Shown here: positions 19,094 to 28,727 of the stretch, in pieces
Position numbering within the stretch: position 1 is the first letter of the stretch
Layout of the letters: each line of letters begins with the position of its first letter
Origin: Candidatus Latescibacterota bacterium
GTDB lineage: Bacteria > Latescibacterota > UBA2968 > GCA-2709665
DNA: 64,000 nucleotides
NCBI GenBank assembly: GCA_965248435.1
Contig: OZ252100.1
Location: forward strand, 5,344,001-5,408,000
Direction of reading: 5' to 3'
The notes under the pieces: model-generated
What the model was told of the DNA's origin: nothing
Database searches by the model: none
What the model saw: the letters and a program-made list of their open reading frames with translations, nothing else
Made by a program: the position numbers and the translations under genes

Positions 19094-21016
19094 ATGACTA
19101 TAAGGCATGGTGATTTGCCCGAAACCTTTGGCACGAGATTCTGCCAAGAAGGAATACCCTTACCGGAACTATCCCCAGAAGAGGTCTTATTGGTTCACTT
19201 TTCGAGGTCATTATTGCTTCCCGCCGTTTTGAAGGCTATGAATAAGATTCTCAGAGGTGAAGTTGATTGGAAGGTGTTTCTGGATGGCTCGAAGAGACAT
19301 CGTCTGCACAGTCGGATTTACCATCATTGTGTAAAACACGGCCTGCAGATTCCCTCGCAAGTTACGAGAAGCTTGGAGGACGCTGCTAAGACTGCAAAGG
19401 AGACGACATCTCAGTGTTTCCATGAAATTGAGCAGATCCGAAGAGCTTTGCTAAATGTCGATGCTCCAGTTGTGCTCCAGAAGGGCCCTGCGTTGATCCA
19501 CCAGGTATACGATTCGCAATTTGTCCGACCGTTCAGAGATATTGATCTCTTAACGCCTACGTGTTTCGTCCCAGAGGTTGAGGGATGTCTTAGGAACATG
19601 GGGTATGAGCCCGAGTTCAAGTATTCGGTGACGCGTATCATAAGGCCCGCAACCCCACTGGAAATCCAAAGGAATAAGTACAACTACCACTTGAGGCCTA
19701 TGAGAAAGTTCGAGAACGATATACCAGGAAGTATACCAGTGGAACTTCATTACACAGGATTCTCGAAGGGGAAATTCGACTTTGATAGTATTGTTAAGAA
19801 TAGTGAGAACCTTGAAGCAATTGGGTCTGGATTGAAAGTACCATCTCTAGCCGATCAGGTTATTCTTACCAGCATACACCTCCATCAGCATGTCGGCCTT
19901 GGCCTGCTTATTCAGGAATCTACGTCTGGCTGGGTAGGAATACTTAAGTATCTCTCAGATGTTTACGCTTGTTTGCGTATATACCTAGCGTTTGTAGGTG
20001 ATTGGGCGCAACTAACTGAGCGAAGTATCGACATTCACGCAAATGAAATGCTGGGATATGCACTCTATTATCTCAATATCTTCTATGGGAGGGGGACAGT
20101 TCCAGAGGGGATGGTAAGTTACTTGATTTCCCCAGGTGAGTTAGAAGTTCCACTGTCTGGGAATATCTGCGTTACCGTAGATTCCATCGATCACTTCCTC
20201 CAGCCCGACATCAAGACCGCCACTAGCACGTACGGCCCAGCCCTATGGATGCTTAATCTGCCGAATGTGATCAAGAGGCTTCGCAATGAGTTTGATAGTT
20301 GGAATGCACAGGATGGACATATGCTGGCCGCGCGTTGTCATCGCGTGGCTACCGATTCTCTTGTTGACGGTATGCCCGATGACGAGACCTGGAGGCTGGC
20401 TGAAGAGCAATCTATTGACGAGGATAATCCTAATCGTAGAGGGTTTTTCAGAACGCACTTGGCGCAAGGATTATGGCCTAGTCAAGGTGGAGTAAAAGGG
20501 TATTTGCGTCTTTTGTGGAACGATCAGCATTTGTTCATAAGAACCAGGGTGACAGCAGATTGTATCCATTATGTGTCTTCCGATAGCATCAGGCCAGGCG
20601 AGATGGTGACTTTTCATGTCTCCAACCTATTGGATAAAGAAATGACCGTGAACAAGGTAAGCGTCCAAATTCGAGAGGGTGGATATGGAGAGTTAAACCG
20701 TTCAATGCTCGGCGAAAAATTGTTGGAAAATGTCGTGCGTCTTGAAGACGTACGTCTCCTTGTTTGCACATCAAGCGATGAATACTGTCTCGTTGTTGGC
20801 ATTCCATGGGATGCAATGAGTATGATTCCATATCCTGGATTTTCTTTCGGATTCGATTCAGAAATACGGCACTGCTATCTAGTTCGCCGTCCGTTTAATG
20901 AATTTCCACAACCGAAAACAGTTATCAGATGGTCAGGCGGGCCGTTTCCAATGTCACACTACCCAGAATTCTATGGTACCGGAATTCTGTGGGACAGATC
21001 TGCAATGAGTAGGTAA
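19094..21016 (+). CDS. nucleotidyltransferase (NTP_transf_5-like) fused to a CBM9/DOMON-like domain
   Basis: VLQKGPAL..VY....RPFRDIDLL and PVELH; C-terminal VDGMPDDETW, LLWNDQHLFI, IPW, FGFD. Confidence 0.75.
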   Translation: MTIRHGDLPETFGTRFCQEGIPLPELSPEEVLLVHFSRSLLLPAVLKAMNKILRGEVDWKVFLDGSKRHRLHSRIYHHCVKHGLQIPSQVTRSLEDAAKTAKETTSQCFHEIEQIRRALLNVDAPVVLQKGPALIHQVYDSQFVRPFRDIDLLTPTCFVPEVEGCLRNMGYEPEFKYSVTRIIRPATPLEIQRNKYNYHLRPMRKFENDIPGSIPVELHYTGFSKGKFDFDSIVKNSENLEAIGSGLKVPSLADQVILTSIHLHQHVGLGLLIQESTSGWVGILKYLSDVYACLRIYLAFVGDWAQLTERSIDIHANEMLGYALYYLNIFYGRGTVPEGMVSYLISPGELEVPLSGNICVTVDSIDHFLQPDIKTATSTYGPALWMLNLPNVIKRLRNEFDSWNAQDGHMLAARCHRVATDSLVDGMPDDETWRLAEEQSIDEDNPNRRGFFRTHLAQGLWPSQGGVKGYLRLLWNDQHLFIRTRVTADCIHYVSSDSIRPGEMVTFHVSNLLDKEMTVNKVSVQIREGGYGELNRSMLGEKLLENVVRLEDVRLLVCTSSDEYCLVVGIPWDAMSMIPYPGFSFGFDSEIRHCYLVRRPFNEFPQPKTVIRWSGGPFPMSHYPEFYGTGILWDRSAMSR

Positions 21017-21131
21017 CTCTTCGTTTCCCTTCGTAGGAACAATCTTCGTGACAGAAAGATGAGTGTCCAATGAGAACTTATGGGAGTATCACTACTAAGA
21101 ACCAAGCTTCGATTTCAAATCGGTGTCGAAT

Positions 21132-21938
21132 ATGAGACGCGGTCACCTGGGGCAAGTGGACCTTGTCGAAGTAGGACCAGGTGTGCGCGTCATCCGAAAG
21201 AAGATGAAAGCGAAGTGCTACTTGGAGCGCCATCTCTTTGCCCTACAGAAGCTAAAGAATACAGGAGTCGTTCCGCGGCTAGATGTCTATCCGGAGGAGC
21301 TTACAATAGACTATGAGTACGTAGACGGAGCACATCTCGAGGACCTGAATCCCGAGACGTATGGTGACTGCCTCGAGAGTGCGGGAGCAGCAATGGCATT
21401 GATTCACTCCTTTCCCTTTAATACCTATGGTTTCGTTGACAGCCTTTCAGCAACGCGGAACGATTGGTGGTCTATTCAGGATGAACGATTCGATCAAATG
21501 CTCAAGGTGTGCCGTGAACATGGGGCAATCGGAGAAGATCTGAACATGAAAATAGACAGGGCATACAAAGAGCTTCGGTCTGGACTACCACTCGAGTACG
21601 ATTCCTGTCTTTCGCACTGTGACTTCAGTTCAGATAACCTGCTTTTCTGGCGTAAGGGCGACTTTTGGAAGTGTACTGTTATTGATTTCGACCATGCGCA
21701 GGCGTGTCCCCCGCACTATGACTTCGGGCGGGTTCAATTTGACTTGTTTGATAAGTGGCCTATGTACAAGCATTCCTTTTGCGATGGCTATAAAGCAATA
21801 AGAGTTCTTCCGGACCTAGAAAGGCTAATGCCCATCTATAGGGTATTGTGGCCACTGGACCTGATGGCTTGGGGATGTCGAAACGGAGCTAGTGGTCTTG
21901 TAAGGGAAAATGTCCAGATCCTTCAAGAGATAGATTAG
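21132..21938 (+). CDS. aminoglycoside-phosphotransferase/choline-kinase family protein
   Basis: YEYVDG, LSHCDFSSDNLL, VIDFD. Confidence 0.85.
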   Translation: MRRGHLGQVDLVEVGPGVRVIRKKMKAKCYLERHLFALQKLKNTGVVPRLDVYPEELTIDYEYVDGAHLEDLNPETYGDCLESAGAAMALIHSFPFNTYGFVDSLSATRNDWWSIQDERFDQMLKVCREHGAIGEDLNMKIDRAYKELRSGLPLEYDSCLSHCDFSSDNLLFWRKGDFWKCTVIDFDHAQACPPHYDFGRVQFDLFDKWPMYKHSFCDGYKAIRVLPDLERLMPIYRVLWPLDLMAWGCRNGASGLVRENVQILQEID

Positions 21939-22006
21939 GCACCCGATTCTTGAAATCGTTTCTATTCTGTCATAGCTATTGCCTCATCCTCCTCTAGGGG
22001 AAAGAA

Positions 22007-22413
22007 TGCGCGTAGACTCACGCAAAGACCATCAGAAACTTTACCCATGGTTTCCAACCTGCTGTTAACGTCACCCCGCTCAATCTGACCTCGATACTTC
22101 CCCGGAGGATTTTGCTCAACTGCTTAGGCGATTTGGAATCGAAGACGCTGTTCTCTGGGTTCTTGAGCATATGGATCGGACACTGAATACTGGTATAGTT
22201 CCCTCACTTAATTTGCATTCATGTCTAAGTGAGTCTTGGCTAGCCAGTGCGTATGCCCTAGCGGTAAACTGCGCGGTTGGAACGGGACAATGCGTAAGCG
22301 ACTTCATTACAAGAAGCGTCGAGAGATTCTCGTGGAATCGTCTCCAAACAGTGGGGCTCCCCCCGGCCCTGTATCTGAGTAAGGAAGTCATAATAATCTG
22401 GCCAACGTCTTAA
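22007..22413 (+). pseudogene. degraded ORF (in-frame stop and probable frameshift), function unknown
   Basis: Same frame continues after TAA with protein-like FAQLLRRFGIEDAVLWVLEHMDRTLNTGIVP. Confidence 0.3.
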
Positions 22414-22633
22414 TCAAGATTGTGGAGAAGAATCCAGTATATGCATTGTTAATTCGCCGCTAGATCGCCCCTTTGGCTTTGCTTGGTTACGGACCCAGGG
22501 GTCCGAATTCCTTTGGAGCAACCCTACCGCCGTTCACATCTCTTCAAACTGAGGAGTTAAGGTTTTCACCTCCCTTTCGGCTCTGGACACCGCAGGGGGA
22601 GCGACACTGAAGAAATCTCGGGCTCACACTCAA

Positions 22634-22854
22634 ATGGCCGCAAGAACCCATTCGGAACTGTTGAAGCGCTATCTGGGCTCCCAGAAACAGAAAGTAGCTA
22701 TACTGCTTGTATTACTGCTGGGAAACGCCACGCTCTTGCTTATTTATCCCCAAATTATCCGCACTTTCATCGACACTGCCAAAAGTGGTGGGTCACTGTC
22801 GACGCTAACTCAACTTTCCATTTTGTTTATTGTTCTAGTCATCGTGCGACAAGG
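22634..22854 (+). pseudogene. N-terminus of ABC exporter (permease/ATP-binding) truncated by IS3
   Basis: LLKRYL...TM...YPQIIRTFIDTA...TM; no continuation after 24104. Confidence 0.75.
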
Positions 22855-24104
22855 TGAGGCGTTTTGAAATTGTGGACACACCGAGAACCAAAGTATCTTC
22901 CGTCAGGAGGTGTGTCTATGAAAGGGAAACCGAAACGGACATTTGATTCCGATTTCAAGCGTGAAGCAGTCCGGATCGCGGATGCCGGCGACGTGACGGA
23001 TCGGCAGGTAGAGCGAGACCTGGGGCTGTACCAGGGAGCGATCCGCACGTGGCGCAAGGAACTTGAAGCCGACCCTGAAGAGTCCTTCCCGGGTACGGGG
23101 CACCAGAAGCCCCTGGAGGAGGAGAACCGCCGTCTGCGTCGCGAGCTGGAGATCGCTCGTGAGGAACGGGACATCCTAAAAAAAGCAGTCGCCATCTTTT
23201 CAAAGACACCGAAAGCCGGTTCCGGTTCATGAGGGACCACCGCTGGGAATTTTCGGTGGAGAGGATGGCGAAGGTCCTGGAGGTATCCAAGAGCGGTTTC
23301 TATGCCTGGCTGCTGCGGCCCGAGAGCGCCAGAAAGAGGGCCCGGCGGCTTCTGGACGCCCGAGTCAGAGCGGCGTTCGAGGCGCACAAAGCTCGCTACG
23401 GCAGCACGAAGATCGCCCGGTATTTGACCGGCCAGTGCCATCCGTGCAGCCGCACGCGAGTTGCCCAATCAATGCGCCGGCAGGGCCTGCGGTCGAAGGT
23501 CGCACGGAAGTTCAGGGCCACAACGGACTCGAATCACCATCTGGCTGCGGCGCCGAACCTGCTGGATCGCAATTTTGACATCGACGCGCCGAACAGGGTG
23601 TGGGCCAGCGACATTACGTATCTGCCGAGCAAGGCTGGCTGGTTGTATCTGGCGGTCTTCATCGACCTGTTCTCGCGGCGCATCGTCGGGTGGTGCGTGA
23701 GCACCAGCCTGCGGCACGAGATGGTCCTCAAGGCGCTCTCGCGTGCTATCCGTGCCCGGCGTCCGCCAAAGGGGCTGATGATCCACTCCGACCGCGGCAT
23801 CCAATACTGCTGCGAGGGGTTCCGGGAAAAGATCGCCGAATATGGGTTCGTCCAGAGCATGAGCCGAAAGGGGAACTGCTGGGACAACGCAGTGTCCGAG
23901 TCCCTTTTCCGGTCCCTCAAGACCGAGTGGGCTTACCACATCGACCTGGACGACCTCGAGCACGCCGAGCCAGAACTCTTCGAATACATCGAGGTCTTCT
24001 ACAACAACCAGCGGCTGCACGCGTCTTTGGATTACGTATCTCCAGCCGCCTTCGAACACCAAAAAGCGGCTTAGTTCACCGTCCACTTTTTCAAGGCCAC
24101 ATCA
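22855..24104 (+). mobile_element. IS3-family element, copy 2 (orfA 22918-23232, orfB 23229-24074)
   Basis: Same IRs and proteins as copy 1; proteins differ at two positions (A/T in OrfA, G/C in OrfB). Confidence 0.95.
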
Positions 24105-24329
24105 CAATTCGTCGGATCGCTAATCGTAGACAGAGATTTCAAATGCTGTCAGGATGGATTTGGGCAAGATACACCGGATGCTGGCAGGCCTTGCTGCACG
24201 TTTTGGAGACCGAGTTACACGCAAACGGCAAGAAACTAAATGGGCACAAAATTCTCCTTGCTTCAAGGTCACGCCCTCCATGTATGCCCTTTAATCTTGA
24301 ATTAACCCCGCAGCCACAGGGGAGGAAGT

Positions 24330-24995
24330 ATGCAGGAACTCAATATTGAAGCTTTTTTTTCAGTTCCGAAAATCGATTCTCCGCCTGCGCGATATTATAA
24401 AGACACACATAGAGACGAATTCCAGTTCTGCAAAGACGAGACCGGTGTAGAAGGGCTTGTAATGGAGTTCGGGGTCTTCGAAGGTAAAAGCATCAACGAT
24501 ATCGCACGCGTTTGGACCGATCAGCAAGTTTACGGTTTTGACAGTTTTGAGGGGCTACCTGAAGATTGGGATATGGGAGATGGCGTAGTATTTACAAAGG
24601 ACAGGTTTTTTAACGCAGGGGGCGTTTTGCCCGACGTACCCGATCATGTGACGTTAATAAAAGGCTTCTTTGACGCAAGCTTGCCGGGTTGGTGGAACGC
24701 AAATAAAAACCCAATTTCATTTTTAAATATTGATTCCGACCTTTATTCTTCTGCAATCTTCATTTTAGAGACACTAAATGACTACCTGTTACCTGGTGCG
24801 ATTGTGCGGTTCGACGAACTATGTGATTGGCGACTTTTCGATCCCCGGGAAACGCGCCCGCCAAAACATAAATATTACACTTGGGCTGAAAATGAATGGA
24901 AAGCCCTAAACGAATGGATTTCCAAATACGACCGGGAAGTCGCACCTTTAGCTCGCAACTACGCATTTTCGAGTATCGTACGAATCATAAAATGA
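24330..24995 (+). CDS. TylF/MycF-like class I SAM O-methyltransferase
   Basis: MEFGVFEG, YGFDSFEGLPEDW, IKGFF, IDSDLYSS, FDE; RBS ggagg. Confidence 0.85.
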   Translation: MQELNIEAFFSVPKIDSPPARYYKDTHRDEFQFCKDETGVEGLVMEFGVFEGKSINDIARVWTDQQVYGFDSFEGLPEDWDMGDGVVFTKDRFFNAGGVLPDVPDHVTLIKGFFDASLPGWWNANKNPISFLNIDSDLYSSAIFILETLNDYLLPGAIVRFDELCDWRLFDPRETRPPKHKYYTWAENEWKALNEWISKYDREVAPLARNYAFSSIVRIIK

Positions 24996-25021
24996 CTTAT
25001 GGTGTGCCAGGGGCAGTCAGC

Positions 25022-25142
25022 GCGTAACAGGCAGTTTGTACGTCAGTCGCTTCGCTTCTTCGGCATGGCGGAAACCCCGGCTCCACACAACAATCCTAAC
25101 CCCACTCACGCCGGAGTCACAAACTGCCCAGACGCGTTACAC
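25022..25142 (+). repeat. attC-like site (121 bp)
   Basis: R'' GCGTAAC ... R' GTTACAC with inner inverted boxes GGCAGTTTGT / ACAAACTGCC, between a stop codon and the next RBS. Confidence 0.7.
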
Positions 25143-25199
25143 GCAAGCACCCCACGGAACCACAGAACCAAGAAGCTGCCATTTCTGGGAGGTACTGAA

Positions 25200-26018
25200 A
25201 TGAAGCGCGGGCAATTGGCGAAGGTCCACAGAATCAGATCCGAATCCGGGTACGAGGTCATCCGTAAGGAAATGACTTCGATCGATTTCCTGAAGAGGCA
25301 CCTGAAGGTGATGGACCAACTCAAGGAGACTGGCATAGTCCCAGTACTGGTCAGCGTCGATGAGGCGAAGATTGCCCTTGAATACGAATTTGTAGATGGC
25401 AGGCATATCGATGAAATAGAAGAAGCCGAGCATGATCAAGTCTTCCGCATGGCAGGAGTCGTTCTGGCTCAGATGCACACCCATCATCTAGACGGCTTTG
25501 GAGTAGTTGACAACCTTAAGAAGGCAGAATCAGACTGGTGGTCTATCCAAGATGAGCGAATTGATCGGAAGCTATCGGTTTGCCTGGAATTCAAGACCCT
25601 GGAACAGCGGGAAGCAGACCGACTACGCGACATCTACTTCGAGCTTAGATCGTCTCTATCCGAGGAACACGAGTCTTGTCTAAGTCATTGCGACTACCGA
25701 TCGGACAATCTTCTTTTCATGAAGATGAAAGGCAATTGGAAGTGCATCGTCATAGATTTCGATCACGCTCAAGGAGCTCCTGCGCACTTCGACTTCGGTA
25801 GAATACAACTTGACCTGTTCGACCGTTGGCCAACACACAGAGACTCTTTCTGCCTAGGATACGAGAGCGTAAGACCATTGCCCAATCTGGCTGGAACACT
25901 ACCCGTCTACAGGATCCTATGGCCGCTCGACCTGTTGGCGTGGGGTTCCATCAATAAGGCTGAAGGTCTCACAAGTCGCATGAAACGACTGCTGGAAACA
26001 GAAAACGATCTGATTTAA
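25200..26018 (+). CDS. APH/choline-kinase family phosphotransferase, paralog of 21132-21938
   Basis: LSHCDYRSDNLL, VIDFDHAQ; N-terminus MKRGQL aligns with MRRGHL; RBS ggaggt. Confidence 0.85.
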   Translation: MKRGQLAKVHRIRSESGYEVIRKEMTSIDFLKRHLKVMDQLKETGIVPVLVSVDEAKIALEYEFVDGRHIDEIEEAEHDQVFRMAGVVLAQMHTHHLDGFGVVDNLKKAESDWWSIQDERIDRKLSVCLEFKTLEQREADRLRDIYFELRSSLSEEHESCLSHCDYRSDNLLFMKMKGNWKCIVIDFDHAQGAPAHFDFGRIQLDLFDRWPTHRDSFCLGYESVRPLPNLAGTLPVYRILWPLDLLAWGSINKAEGLTSRMKRLLETENDLI

Positions 26019-26085
26019 GGCGTGGGCAACCGGCGAATAAAACAAGAGGGCGCGCACAACCATCGCCTGCATTCAGGACGAGAGG

Positions 26086-26512
26086 TTGGTGCGCAATCGA
26101 GTCCCTTACCTAGCTTACAAGGCCTTTCAGTTCAATACTTGGAAGTCGGGAGTCCGGTGTTGGGAAGAAATGTCGCGCATCTTGGTAAAGAACGGTTTGT
26201 TCCTGCTCGTGATACTGTCAACAAGCCGAGACATCCCTCAGGGGAGCAAAGATGATCCCAGACATTGGCACAACTTTCCTCTCGCCAATTGAACATAAGA
26301 GAGGTATCACCTACCACCACTACTCGAAAGGAGAAGTTGAAGAGCTAAGAGTCAGGAACGTGTTGAGGATAATCGACGCACACGAGTCTACGGCGATTAG
26401 GACGGATGAACTAGATGGTCACAGGGTATGTGGAATTGAAGTTACTTTTATGCCACCTATGATTCTCGAAATGCCCAAGGAGGTGCCATACACTTATGAA
26501 ACTGATTACTGA
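26086..26512 (+). pseudogene. C-terminal remnant of a probable SAM methyltransferase (frameshifted)
   Basis: EEMSRILVKNGLFLL (post-motif II) in one frame, HHYSKGEVEEL in another. Confidence 0.45.
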
Positions 26513-27461
26513 ACGTGTACCCGAAGAACTAACTCCCAAACATGGCATGAAGTTAACCCCTGAACAAAGCGAGTTACTACCATCTGAGGAGGAGATAGCC
26601 CACTATAATGAGCATGGCTGGTACATATCGAAAGAGATTCTATCTGACGCTGAGATTGAAGATGCTTTTGCTGGTAGCGAACGTCATTACTCAGGTGAGC
26701 GTGACTATAGTCTTCCTATTCAAATTAGGAGTTTCTTAGATTGGACACCTGAGAAAGGAGAGGGACTACGGCTTAATGATTACATTGTAATACAGAATTT
26801 GCAAATACAAAAATTGGCATTTAATGCGCTAATAGGGGCGATTGCGTCACGCCTTTCCGGCAGTGATCGAATAAGGCTTTGGAATAGCCAGCTTATTTAT
26901 AAACCCTCCCAAGTTCAAGATGACAGGGTGAAGATTGGATGGCATGTCGATCGCGCTTACTGGAGGACTTGCACATCCGATCGAATGCTAACTGCCTGGA
27001 TTCCCTTACATGATTGTGATGAGACCACGGGAACCATGATAATGCTTGACGGTAGCCATCGGTGGCCTAGTAATGCGTCAGTGGATGAATTGAGAAGGGG
27101 GAAGACTTTCCTTATTCACGCGATTCCCGAGAGCTCTATATGTTCAGATGCATCCGAATTAGAAGCCAGGATTAGTTCATGTGGAATGCCGATCAACAAA
27201 GTGCCCATGAATCTTCATGCTGGACAAGTATGTTTTCATAATTGTCTTACATTTCATGGTAGTGGCCTGAATCGGAGTACAACAGACCGTCGTGTGGTTG
27301 TTATTCATCTGCAAGATGGAGAGAACAGATATAGAGTCTCTAAAGATGAGTCTGGCGAAGTCCATAGATATAACAACGATCTGATGTGTAGAAAATTGTC
27401 GGACGGCAGTCCGGATTATTCAGATCCTATCATATGTCCACTGTTGTGGGAGAATAAATGA
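26496..27461 (+). CDS. phytanoyl-CoA dioxygenase (PhyH) family Fe/2OG oxygenase
   Basis: GWHVD (HxD), TAWIPL, GSH, FH..TFHGSG.N.S. Confidence 0.9.
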   Translation: MKLITERVPEELTPKHGMKLTPEQSELLPSEEEIAHYNEHGWYISKEILSDAEIEDAFAGSERHYSGERDYSLPIQIRSFLDWTPEKGEGLRLNDYIVIQNLQIQKLAFNALIGAIASRLSGSDRIRLWNSQLIYKPSQVQDDRVKIGWHVDRAYWRTCTSDRMLTAWIPLHDCDETTGTMIMLDGSHRWPSNASVDELRRGKTFLIHAIPESSICSDASELEARISSCGMPINKVPMNLHAGQVCFHNCLTFHGSGLNRSTTDRRVVVIHLQDGENRYRVSKDESGEVHRYNNDLMCRKLSDGSPDYSDPIICPLLWENK

Positions 27462-28136
27462 CGCCGGGCAATTTTGGTGCCTTGGCAAAGTCTGGGGTTT
27501 GATTGGACACTCAGCGAGCAGTAAGAATGTTAGATATTTCTTTTCTAAAGGGCTGTCTAATTTCCATATTTGGACCAACTCCTAACGAGTCCGTTTTCGA
27601 AGTGGATGTAGAATAGGGTTCGCCGCTTCATTGCGCCTGTATACCCACTGTTCAGTCGTGGCCCAGGCGCCCGTCGTCTCGTTTATGGTTGTAGGAGTAC
27701 CCCAGCAAGCTCTTGCCTCCCTCTTTTGACATGCCCCCTCTAGCTGGCCGATCGCGAGCACGCGCCGTCGACACTCCAGATTTGTCGGAGGGTTTCCCGT
27801 TCGGTTTGTCGGGTTGATTGACGGACGTGACGATCTGGTTGGTACGAAAGATTGCAACTCCATGCCCCGAACTTAGAGGAATTGAGAAGTACTGACGCCC
27901 GGATGATTTTGGAGCATGTCGTTCCTGAAGAAGAAGAGAAGAGAGCGATCCTTCGAGGTATGAGCCAAGCTGAGGTCCACCTGACAAATCCGAAAGTCTT
28001 CTGTAATTGATTTCACGCGGTTACCCGCTCTGGACTCACCTGAATGGGCCAAATTTCCGGAAGCTTATGAGGTCAGGCAATTTACCATAAGAGATCTCAA
28101 TGGTCATAGGTTTCATTTTCACAACAGTGTTGAACT

Positions 28137-28727
28137 GTGAGGGAAGTCATTTATAGAATCAGTGAGCCAGGTGACATGATCGACAAACTAGATAAGAGAG
28201 AGGGAGCCCTGCTCCCACACGTCTCTCTAAGCCGTCCTGTGACGGTCACGATGTGTTTGGTGGCCCTCATGGTAGTCGGGGTGTTGGCGCTTAAACGAAT
28301 TCCGATTCAGGATTTTCCTTTTGGACTTGAGGCCAGGACAATTTCGGTATGGGTTCCTGTGCAGAGGAATACGCCAACGATAGAAAAGGATCAGTACATC
28401 GCACAGCCTATGATAGAGTACCTGAAGGCCGTAAAAGGGTTGCGGAGGCTGTGGACGAGCAGTGAAACCTGGGGCGTCCATACTCGCCTCGAGTTTCGGA
28501 ACGACATGGACATGGCCCTAGCATATGGCAAGGTAACGGAGGCAGTTGAGCTGATGAGGCCTTTGCTGCCTGAGGAGGTTCGCCAAGACATCAGAATTTG
28601 GAAATACGACAAGGATGCAGATGAGGAGATTCTCTGGATCGGCATCTCCATGCCGGATCACGTTGAAAATTACCACGATTACATACATACTACGGTGCAG
28701 CGGCCCTTGGAGCGAATTGATGGGGCT
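28137..28727 (+). pseudogene. N-terminal fragment of AcrB/RND efflux permease
   Basis: SLSRPVTVTM..TM..IPIQDFP...LPEEV...LERIDG, then abrupt loss of similarity. Confidence 0.8.

Noticed and set aside
22007-22069. Peptide MRVDSRKDHQKLYPWFPTCC as a RiPP precursor
   Set aside because: The frame continues with protein-like sequence after the stop, so it is more likely a nonsense-broken larger gene; no leader motif.
22440-22633. Cobalamin or other riboswitch upstream of the ABC fragment
   Set aside because: Small hairpins only; no B12-box or other conserved aptamer motifs seen.
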